NCBI GenBank assembly: GCA_965223905.1
Contig: CBDCXV010000011.1
Coordinates: forward strand, 1,408,001-1,472,000
Reading direction: 5' to 3'
From: Candidatus Latescibacterota bacterium
GTDB lineage: Bacteria; Latescibacterota; UBA2968; UBA8231
DNA length: 64,000 nucleotides
Part shown: positions 32,501-40,036 of the stretch, one piece after another
Layout: the number at the start of each line of letters is the position of its first letter
How positions within the stretch are numbered: position 1 is the stretch's first letter
Translations under genes and position numbers: made by a program
The notes under the pieces: model-generated
The model's database searches: none
What the model saw: the letters and a program-made list of their open reading frames with translations, nothing else
What the model was told of the DNA's origin: nothing

Positions 32501-33111
32501 CGCGGGGATCGCGGTCGGTCCGGTACTGGCGGATCGCGTCCTCGACGGTCTGGCCGCTGAGCGGGTTCTTGAGCTCGGCGGTGAACAGGGGGATGCCGTT
32601 CAGGAAACAGCACCAGGTCGAGGCTCTTCTCGTTCTTGACGCTGTAGCGGACCTGTCGGGCAACGGCGAAAAAGTTCGCCGCGTGCAGCCGCCGCGTCTC
32701 CTCGTTGAGCCCGCTGGCCGGGGCGAAATAGGCGAGCCGGAAGCTGCAGCCCATGTCCTTCACCCCGGACCGCAGCACGTCGAGGGCGCCGCGTCTCGCG
32801 ATCTCCGACGATAACCGCTTGAGAAACCGCTCCTGCACCTGGACCCCGTAGTGTTCGGACAGCCTTTGCCACTGCTTCGGCTGCGTAGCCAGCAGGAAGT
32901 CCACGACGTCGCGGGGCAACAGGCACAAGGTTCGGTCGTAGTCCTGGGGCAGGCGCTGGTGATAGCCCCCGGGCTGCATCCCCCGGGCGCCCAGGGAAGG
33001 CCTGGGTTCGCCCGCCAGGGCCTCGCCGCCGGGAAGCTCCTCCTCGATCAGGCGCAGCAAGGCCGCCTCGATGGCGTCCTCGAAGGCTCGTTCCGAGATC
33101 TCGGGATTCAC
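29565..33111 (-). pseudogene. hsdR: Type I restriction subunit HsdR fused to a C-terminal Schlafen/AlbA_2 domain; three frameshifts
   Basis: LFLNGIPLFTAELKN, QHSAGSGKS, IVDEAHSSQ, FTATPK, ANKFQTGFDQP, VQTLSRLNR; C-terminal GESKTLEFKSTLRWN...KTIAAFLNTEGGDLLLGVADDGAVVGIE. Shifts near 32605 (+1), 31139-31166 (14-bp duplication) and 30865 (+1). Confidence 0.9.
31139..31166. repeat. Perfect 14-bp tandem duplication inside hsdR
   Basis: GTTTCGCCCCCATC twice (31139-31152, 31153-31166); removing one copy restores VKDGGETYTEPGMN. Confidence 0.92.
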
Positions 33112-34277
33112 ATGCCACCTCCCCGGGTTGTCGCGGCTTCAGGGTCCCGTCTCGGGGTGGACGGGGCATCCAGCACCTCGAGCACTGCACGCGCGCAATA
33201 CACCCGGTTGCGCCTCGCCTCCCCGACCAGGGTGACGATGCCTGCCGCTTCCAGCCGGTCGACGGCGCGCCGGGCCGTGGTGTAGGCGACCTCCAGATTC
33301 TGGGCAAGGCCGCGCACGGACCAGAAGGGGTTCTGGACAAACAGCTCCAGCACCTTCTCCGATTGCCCCGAATGAACCCCGTCGATTTTCTCCAACCAGC
33401 CCTGAAACAGGTCGTCGATGCGTTGGATCCGGCCGACCGCGTCCCCTGCCTGGAGTTCTACCCCGCGCAGGAAGTACGTCAGCCACGCCTCCCACTCCCC
33501 GCTCTCCGCCACCCCTTGCAGGCGGGCGTAGTACTCCTCGCGCGTAGCTTCAAAGTAAGCGCTCAGGTAGAGAAGGGGTTCCGGCAGGAGGCCGCGGGCG
33601 ACGAACAACAGCGAGATGAGCAGACGGCCAACGCGCCCATTGCCGTCGATAAACGGATGGATGGCCTCAAACTGCGAGTGTATGAGTGCGGCGTGCACCA
33701 GGGGGGGCAGGGTTTCGTCGTGGAGGAACTGCTCCCACTTCCCCAGGCAGGCCATCAACTCGACGGGCGGAGGGGGCACGTACCTGGCGTCCTCGAGGCC
33801 GTTTCCGGGCGGACCGATCCAGTTCTGGGTGCGTCGAAACTCACCCAGGGTAGCCGTGTCGCCCCGGACCCCCCGCATCAGACGCTCGTGCAGCTCCCGC
33901 ACCAGACGGAGAGACAGCGGCAACGTGTTCAGGCGCCTTATCCCGTACTGCAGCGCCAGGACGTAGTTGGCGACCTCGTGCAGATCCGCTGCATTCCGTT
34001 CGACCCCTGCCCCAGCCTGCGCTGCAAGCAGTTCGCCCAGGGTGGCCTGCGTGCCTTCGATGCGGCTGGAAAGCACCGCTTCCCGGTGGAGGAAGGCCCG
34101 GATGAACAGGTGCGGATTCGATACAAGCCTGCCTTCTCCTGCGAGCCGGCCTACTGCCTGGGCGGCGCGGGAGAGCGCGGAAACCAGCTCCGCGTTCCAA
34201 GCAATAGGAGGCGGAAGGGGAGCCGGAACGAAGGCGCGGTACCCGCCGGGGCAAGGGAAGTACCGGTGTTTTTCCAG
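33108..34277 (-). CDS. Fic family protein (Fic_N + Fic + C-terminal HTH)
   Basis: HPFIDGNGRVGR Fic motif; EAVLSSRIEGTQ; frame stays open upstream of the listed GTG (34076) through YRAFVPAPLPP to a possible CTG start at 34277; stop overlaps the hsdR start. Confidence 0.88.
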   Translation of the reverse strand: MEKHRYFPCPGGYRAFVPAPLPPPIAWNAELVSALSRAAQAVGRLAGEGRLVSNPHLFIRAFLHREAVLSSRIEGTQATLGELLAAQAGAGVERNAADLHEVANYVLALQYGIRRLNTLPLSLRLVRELHERLMRGVRGDTATLGEFRRTQNWIGPPGNGLEDARYVPPPPVELMACLGKWEQFLHDETLPPLVHAALIHSQFEAIHPFIDGNGRVGRLLISLLFVARGLLPEPLLYLSAYFEATREEYYARLQGVAESGEWEAWLTYFLRGVELQAGDAVGRIQRIDDLFQGWLEKIDGVHSGQSEKVLELFVQNPFWSVRGLAQNLEVAYTTARRAVDRLEAAGIVTLVGEARRNRVYCARAVLEVLDAPSTPRRDPEAATTRGGGM

Positions 34278-34442
34278 CTGACCCGGAGAAGGAGGAGTGA
34301 CCTCACTTCACGGTACTGTATCAGTCTGAAAATTTCACCCGCCCCGGAAAGCCGATTCCATCACCCAGGTTTCCTGGCTAAAGGGTGTGCTGGTTCGGCC
34401 CCAATAGTCGCTCTTGGTGGGAGGTTGATCCACCCCATCCGC

Positions 34443-34460
34443 GTTATACATTTGTATAAC
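34443..34460 (+). promoter_or_regulatory. Palindromic operator upstream of the cryptic relBE-like pair
   Basis: GTTATACA-TT-TGTATAAC perfect inverted repeat just upstream of the AAGGAGG RBS (34471-34477). Confidence 0.65.
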
Positions 34461-34485
34461 ATCCCACGCCAAGGAGGTAGCAATC

Positions 34486-34611
34486 ATGTCCGCAGCCAAT
34501 GGCATCCCTCGGGAGAAGGACGAAACAATCGAGTTGCAAAAAATACTCGACGATCCTTCCACGGAGTGGGTGTCCTGGAAGGAAGCAGAAGATGAGCTAC
34601 GAGCTCGATAA
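34486..34611 (+). CDS. Small acidic putative antitoxin (41 aa), absent from the ORF track
   Basis: AAGGAGG RBS; MSAANGIPREKDETIELQKILDDPSTEWVSWKEAEDELRAR; the VSWxE C-terminus is typical of RelE/ParE partner antitoxins; overlaps the toxin start. Confidence 0.6.
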   Translation: MSAANGIPREKDETIELQKILDDPSTEWVSWKEAEDELRAR

Positions 34612-34842
34612 ACAGGAAAGCCTTGAAAAGGCTGAAGCAAATCCCCCAGCCCACGAGAGGGCGCATTGAGGAGGCCATCAGGGCCATTGAGAAAAATCCT
34701 TGTGCTGGGGAAGCCCTACGAGGGAATTTTCTTGGATTTCGAAAGATCAGGATTGGCCAGTTCGGGTTCTCTACAAGTGAATGAATCTGAGAAGCTGATC
34801 CGAATTGTGAAAATAGAACCGCGAGGCTCGTCCTACCGATAG
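34592..34842 (+). pseudogene. RelE/ParE-family toxin, frameshifted
   Basis: Joining frames gives MSYEL.INRKALKRLKQIPQPTRGRIEEAIRAIEKNPCAGEALRGNFLGFRKIRIGQ.RVLY.VNESEKLIRIVKIEPRGSSYR, a RelE pattern; about three small indels. Confidence 0.75.
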
Positions 34843-34899
34843 TCGTCTTCTTCGCTCACCGCCTTGGGTAAAATTTTTTCCCCAAGTACATCTCCTCTG

Positions 34900-34936
34900 A
34901 ACCCGGCTCTTTTCGAGAGATCGGGTTTATTTTTTT
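34900..34936 (+). terminator. Rho-independent terminator after the relE-like gene
   Basis: Imperfect hairpin AACCCGGCTCT-TTTCG-AGAGATCGGGTT followed by a T-rich run. Confidence 0.6.
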
Positions 34937-35124
34937 CCAGTTCGTCACATTATCCAAATCAAATCACTGACACATATGCTTGCCATTTATCGTTCTGAAT
35001 TCGTAGATGTTATCTGAACAAGATTGCAGATATTCGGTTGGAAAACGGAGGAGAGTTTGTAACATTTTGTTACGAACTATAACTATTTGGAAAACTTCTT
35101 CGTAACGGCCGGATTGAACGTGAC

Positions 35125-36519
35125 TTATGCGGCAGCCTGCCGCACGTCGATCTTGCCGGTCACCGCTGCGGAGATGAGGGCGGTGCGGAGTTCCTTGAGG
35201 CGGTCGATGGCCTCGCGGACTTTGGCGACAAGGGCGTCGATCTTGGCCGTTTCACGATCAAGGTACGAGACGATGGCCTGTTGCTCTGTCGGCGGTGGCG
35301 CAAGAAGGGGACTTGTAGAAAGCGTATCACTATTGACTTTTGGGATCGCAGAACGCAAGGACTCATCAACCATGAGCTTAACGAAAGCTTCAGACAGCAT
35401 GAAATATTGGAGGAATTTTGTGGAGATTTGGGCATCTGTGACTGTTATGGGGTACATGTCCGCACTACAAAGCCAAGCACCCTCCGCAATGCACACTTTG
35501 TTAAGTGCCGGACGAATTTTTGAATAAACGATCTGACCTAGATCAACATGGTATTTTCCGCTTATCGCCCCTTGGTGTTCCGCGGTTTCCCGAAGTAGAA
35601 TCATTCCTGTATCTGATTGAATGTGATTGGGTGCGATCAATGTTCGCTCGCAATAAGGAATTGTGGTCGGATCAACAAGGCCTTCTGCAATCTTGCAACA
35701 ATTTCGCCAACGCTTCACCTCCCAATGCGCCGGGATCTCCCCCAGCCACTCAACACCGGAGTCCTTCATCGGCACGTCGGAGTCGAAGCCCTTGGTAACC
35801 GCCTGGTTGATGAGGGCAGTGCGCTTTTCCTCGAGCAGCTCGATCAACCGCTCCTTCTTTGCCACGAGGGCGTCGATCCTGGAGGTCTCGCGATCGAGAA
35901 AAGCAGCGATGGCGCGTTGTTCAGGGAGGGAAGGAATAGGTAAGAGAGCTGAGGTGTATTCGTCGACTCTCAGATTAGGATATGTTGATCCCGCAACCAT
36001 ACGTTTGACACGCTCGCGGGTGAGGTCGCTACTAAGTAGCAGAAAAAGGTAGCGAGGATTCGCAACTTGGACGTGTGCTATAACCCTTAATAAAAAATTG
36101 CTGAAGACGAACTCTGGCGTATTGCCATCCACTATGCCTGTTTTGCCGGAGATCACATTGGAGATCGAACCACTCGACTTTACAACAAGGATATCGCCTG
36201 GTCGACATCGAAATCGGTCGGCATCTTTGTGTGAGAATCCTCGCAGTGGCATGTCATCGACGGCGAAGTGTCCCTCCGTATCAATTTGTGCTGTCGTCGC
36301 CACTGCTAATACCCAATCACTGCTCTCAGGTTCTTCTCCGTAGCTGCCGCTGTTGTCTATCCTTGCAATACGCTTCAGCGGTAACTCGACCCAATGCGCC
36401 GGAATCTCCCTCAGCCACTCAATGCCAGATTCCTTGTAGGCCGGATAGGGCCTGTATCGCTCCGCACCCAAAGTGGACGTAATACCGCTATCCCCAATTG
36501 CAGCAGATCGCTTAGTCAT
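35125..36519 (-). CDS. hsdS: Type I RM specificity subunit HsdS
   Basis: Duplicated conserved blocks (K[E/D]SG[I/V]EWL.EIPAHW; EQ.AI..[F/Y]LDRET..IDALVAK...RTALI..AVT) flanking two TRDs. Confidence 0.95.
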   Translation of the reverse strand: MTKRSAAIGDSGITSTLGAERYRPYPAYKESGIEWLREIPAHWVELPLKRIARIDNSGSYGEEPESSDWVLAVATTAQIDTEGHFAVDDMPLRGFSHKDADRFRCRPGDILVVKSSGSISNVISGKTGIVDGNTPEFVFSNFLLRVIAHVQVANPRYLFLLLSSDLTRERVKRMVAGSTYPNLRVDEYTSALLPIPSLPEQRAIAAFLDRETSRIDALVAKKERLIELLEEKRTALINQAVTKGFDSDVPMKDSGVEWLGEIPAHWEVKRWRNCCKIAEGLVDPTTIPYCERTLIAPNHIQSDTGMILLRETAEHQGAISGKYHVDLGQIVYSKIRPALNKVCIAEGAWLCSADMYPITVTDAQISTKFLQYFMLSEAFVKLMVDESLRSAIPKVNSDTLSTSPLLAPPPTEQQAIVSYLDRETAKIDALVAKVREAIDRLKELRTALISAAVTGKIDVRQAAA

Positions 36520-36550
36520 CTATTCCGACCCCTTTGAACTTTGGCAGCGT

Positions 36551-37483
36551 TCATCGTCCAGCTTCATGACACCACGGCCCACCCGCCGGCCAGGTTCCAG
36601 TGAACCCGGACCGGAGCGCCATCGCATCCCACGGTTCTCTGAGAAATGACAGTAGGCGCTCGGCCACGATACCAAAATCCGGTGGCGCTCCAAGAAGCTC
36701 GTTCCTGTCCAGGTAATTACGCCAGTGCTCCGCCCGCTCGGCATCCTCATAGAACCGAGGCGTCAGAGCGACTGGCAGATTCTGAGAGATCGTGGTACGG
36801 CGTTTTTCGAAGGTTGCGCCCATGGCCCGTAGGAGATTTTCGCCATCGAAGGAAGAGTACTGTGCAAGCGCTTGAAGATCGTAAAAATCCTTGTAGCGGC
36901 TGTTCCGTTCACCGAGCACAACCATCGCGTGGAGCTTCTCGGCCACGACGGCTTCGGCTGGGTAAACACGGATTTGCGGATGTGGAGCGTCGAGCAGTGT
37001 TGGGTAATCGGCGTCAATCGGCGGCGGCTGGATGGCATTCCCAAAGCCGATATCGATCCTCATCCGTATTCGTGCGCCGGAGATCCTGGCCCAGAAGAGC
37101 GCTCGGAAGCCGTTATACTCTTGATGTTCGCGGAAGGGTTCGACCCCGATGTCTCCGCTGTCGAAAACAACTCCATCGTCGGCGGCCGGGGTCTCGAAAA
37201 TGTCGCGGATGGTGGAGCGCACCTCGTTTGCCAGGGGGCTTCCGTGGCCGGTAAAATCGAGATCCCGCGTCGGGCGATAGACTGCTTCGCCCCAAAGGAC
37301 AAGGAGCATCGCACCCTTCAAGACGTAGCGCTCCCGATGCTGCGATTCTCCGAGGCGGTAGCGAAATCGCTCCGCGGCATAGCGCTGCAGCAGGAACTGG
37401 AAGTCCTCTCCGGTTTCGCGGCTCCGGTTCATCAACCTTGCGCGAACCGATGCTCCCATGTTTCGGCGTTTCCCGCGTGTCAT
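36551..37483 (-). CDS. abiEii: Type IV TA toxin AbiEii/AbiGii nucleotidyltransferase
   Basis: ASVRARL, YVLKGAMLL, RPTRDLDF, IDIGFG, VVAEKLHAM, NSRYKDFYDL. Confidence 0.92.
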   Translation of the reverse strand: MTRGKRRNMGASVRARLMNRSRETGEDFQFLLQRYAAERFRYRLGESQHRERYVLKGAMLLVLWGEAVYRPTRDLDFTGHGSPLANEVRSTIRDIFETPAADDGVVFDSGDIGVEPFREHQEYNGFRALFWARISGARIRMRIDIGFGNAIQPPPIDADYPTLLDAPHPQIRVYPAEAVVAEKLHAMVVLGERNSRYKDFYDLQALAQYSSFDGENLLRAMGATFEKRRTTISQNLPVALTPRFYEDAERAEHWRNYLDRNELLGAPPDFGIVAERLLSFLREPWDAMALRSGFTGTWPAGGPWCHEAGR

Positions 37484-38085
37484 AGCGAGAGTGCTTCCAG
37501 GTAAGCCCGAATAACGGTCTGCGCACGGCAGACTTCGGCGGCGCGCACGATCTCATCCACGGTCGCAGCCCGCGATCGCAGGGCGTCGTGCAGTGCCTCG
37601 AGCGCGATGTCGAGTCCGAGCTTGTTGCGATAGCGAAAACAGTCCACCACGGTGCGGGCCGGCGAAGTGATGCGAAACGGCACCCTCTGCGCCGAATGGG
37701 AGGCAACGCCGTAGGTGAGCATCGCACCGGAGAAACGGACGATGCGCACGCGGGAGGGAGGATGCGCGGGCTTGCGGGCCTTGCGGTCGAGGGCGATCCA
37801 GACCTCGTGCGGCGACTGCGTGCCGATTTCGTGGAAGCGAAGCGCCGTCAGCAGGCAGATGACGGCATTCGGGATGGCCGCGGCTACCATCGCGATCGTC
37901 TCGACCTCCGTGGGTTCGACTTCGGATAGTCGGTAGAGGCCGTTTCCCAGGTTCTCGACGAGTCCCTTGGAGACCAGACCCTGAAGCCTGCGGTGAGAAA
38001 GCCCGAGCGGCGCGAGATCCCGAGGCCGGAAGTAGGTTCCGATGCCGGCTTCCTGGAGCTCAGCAGTGTCCAGTGCATTCGCCAT
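37480..38085 (-). CDS. abiEi: Type IV TA antitoxin AbiEi (wHTH + C-terminal domain)
   Basis: GNGLYRL, AVICLLTALRFHEIGTQSPHEVWIAL, ITSPARTVVDCFRYRNKLGLDIALEAL; stop overlaps the abiEii start. Confidence 0.92.
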   Translation of the reverse strand: MANALDTAELQEAGIGTYFRPRDLAPLGLSHRRLQGLVSKGLVENLGNGLYRLSEVEPTEVETIAMVAAAIPNAVICLLTALRFHEIGTQSPHEVWIALDRKARKPAHPPSRVRIVRFSGAMLTYGVASHSAQRVPFRITSPARTVVDCFRYRNKLGLDIALEALHDALRSRAATVDEIVRAAEVCRAQTVIRAYLEALSL

Positions 38086-38093
38086 ACCCACAG

Positions 38094-38134
38094 ATGATAC
38101 TGAATGTCGGCACTTAATCGCAACTGCCGACATT
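38094..38134 (-). promoter_or_regulatory. abiE promoter with inverted-repeat operator; probable leaderless transcript
   Basis: AATGTCGGCA-N12-TGCCGACATT (38103-38134); minus-strand TTGCGA-N18-TATCAT ends 8 nt before the abiEi ATG. Confidence 0.65.
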
Positions 38135-38168
38135 TAATATCAGCCAGCCGGTCCGGCGGACGCGCCCT

Positions 38169-38765
38169 TCAAAACCCCCTCAATCGGTTCAGGAGATCCT
38201 TGCCATGCGGACATGCGGCTTCGACGAGTGTTGGATCGATTCGCGCCAGCAATCCGAATGAAGTCTTGCCCTTGGAATACGGGTTTGGGCATCGGGCGGT
38301 GGCCCTGTCCAGCGCGTCGAGAACCGTCTCCCTAGACAGGTCTTCCAACTTGGGCCATTGCCTGAGCGCGTTCTCTATAAACAGCGGACCGAAATAGCTT
38401 CGCAGTGCATCATGGTCCGCCAGAAACCAGGTTTCCATGACCTGAACCATCAGGAAGGCCTGATCGTCGCCGGCCCCTGAAGGTCTATTCCAGCCGTCGC
38501 GTTGCTGCAGATGCTGCCAGGCCGAGTGACCCGCTGCGACCGGGTCTTCGCTGTCCACGAGGAGCAGTGGGATGGTACCAGGCTTCTGCCCAGCGGCATC
38601 TGTCGCAAAGCGGTTGAAGGTGTCTTGCCGTGTGCCGCCCCGAACTACTCTCGGCATGCGGCCACGCAGCCCTGCCGCTGTGAAGAAACTGGTCCAGCCC
38701 TCGCGGAATTGCGCGCCAAGCCGCCGATTATCCCCACCCCCCTCGATGTAAAGCACGGCGGTCAC
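38169..38765 (-). CDS. DUF4276-like (RloB/TOPRIM-related) protein
   Basis: GTG overlapping the ATPase stop; LYIEGGGD (TOPRIM Glu), LLLVDSED (DxD-like), FLMVQVMETWFLAD, YSKG, CPH. Confidence 0.8.
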   Translation of the reverse strand: MTAVLYIEGGGDNRRLGAQFREGWTSFFTAAGLRGRMPRVVRGGTRQDTFNRFATDAAGQKPGTIPLLLVDSEDPVAAGHSAWQHLQQRDGWNRPSGAGDDQAFLMVQVMETWFLADHDALRSYFGPLFIENALRQWPKLEDLSRETVLDALDRATARCPNPYSKGKTSFGLLARIDPTLVEAACPHGKDLLNRLRGF

Positions 38766-40006
38766 CAACGATTCCCTCCCAGTTGCCCGGAGCTCCAGAG
38801 ATTGCCGAGGGTGTAATCCTTCAGCCACTTTGCCAGGTCCTCCTTGTCGAGCCGTCGCATTTCGGTCCGCCCCTCGTGCTTTTCGCAGATCACGACACTT
38901 TCCGGGGTGTCGGTCAGCGCATCGACCATGACATCCGAATGCGTCGTCACGATCAGTTGACTGCGCTCGGACGCTGAGCGCAGCAGCTCGACCAACGTCG
39001 GCAACAGGTCCGGGTGCAGGCCCAGTTCCGGCTCTTCGATTACGACAAGGGGCGGGGGCTCGGGGTGCAACAGGATGGCGAGCATGCAGAGGTAGCGAAG
39101 CGTGCCGTCCGACAGGAGGGTGGCCGGGATCGTGCGGCTGTCAGCTTCTTCCAGGTACAGGGCAACGGTACCGCCCGTCACCGGGCAGGCGATGTCGACG
39201 ATTCCGTCAAAAAGCTTCTGCAATGCAGTGACGAGTTGTCGTTTGCTGTCACCCTGGAAATGAGACAACACGAGCGCCAGGTTCGCGCCTCCGTCATCGA
39301 GAAAGTCGGCACGGTCGTGGGCGCTTTGGTTGCTGCGAAACCCGGCGGAAGGACCGAATGACCAGTTCCGGAAGAGGCGAATACGCTCGTATTGCTCTTT
39401 CAGATGCCACAGTACCGGGGCGTCGGGACTGGCAAACCAATGAAGGAATGAGTGTTCAGGTTGAATCTCACCTGCGAGATCGACGGCCCCCGGACGAGGC
39501 CAGGAGGCGATGCGAGGTGTCGACCACTGCCCCGAGCGCATATCCCTCTCGGAGTCGGCACGCTCCGCCTCTGCATTGGATTTTGCGATCTCCGCCGCGG
39601 ATACCTCGTCCTGAGGGGGGCGGTAATAGGACAGCGAGACCGGTTCGTCGGCGTGTTTCTCCGATGGCTCGACCCGCTCGCCCGTCACTTCGGGGCGGCC
39701 GTTTCGATCGGCCAATGTCAGCGAGTGCCGAAGAACGCCGCCGTAGGGATAGCCGATCTCGGTCTCCATCGATATGGAATCCGGCGCCTCCGGGCCCTTC
39801 CACAACCAACCTCGAACGCCGCCCATGCGCGAGATCGGTTCGGTAATGCCACGGGGCGCAGCCTGAAGCAGCGCAATCGCTTCGAGGAAGTTCGACTTTC
39901 CCGAACCGTTCGGGCCGATGAGGACGTTCAGCGGTTCCATGGGCAGGTCGATCCCGTCGGGTCCGAACGACAGAAGGCCGGCGACTTTCAATCTGTGTAT
40001 CAGCAT
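38762..40006 (-). CDS. ABC-type AAA_21 ATPase (defence-associated)
   Basis: NVLIGPNGSGKSNFLEAI (Walker A), LSDGTLR signature, IEEPELGLHP (Walker B/D-loop), IVTTHS (H-loop). Confidence 0.9.
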   Translation of the reverse strand: MLIHRLKVAGLLSFGPDGIDLPMEPLNVLIGPNGSGKSNFLEAIALLQAAPRGITEPISRMGGVRGWLWKGPEAPDSISMETEIGYPYGGVLRHSLTLADRNGRPEVTGERVEPSEKHADEPVSLSYYRPPQDEVSAAEIAKSNAEAERADSERDMRSGQWSTPRIASWPRPGAVDLAGEIQPEHSFLHWFASPDAPVLWHLKEQYERIRLFRNWSFGPSAGFRSNQSAHDRADFLDDGGANLALVLSHFQGDSKRQLVTALQKLFDGIVDIACPVTGGTVALYLEEADSRTIPATLLSDGTLRYLCMLAILLHPEPPPLVVIEEPELGLHPDLLPTLVELLRSASERSQLIVTTHSDVMVDALTDTPESVVICEKHEGRTEMRRLDKEDLAKWLKDYTLGNLWSSGQLGGNRW

Positions 40007-40036
40007 GTCGATACCTCTTCCACGCAGCGGTCCAAA

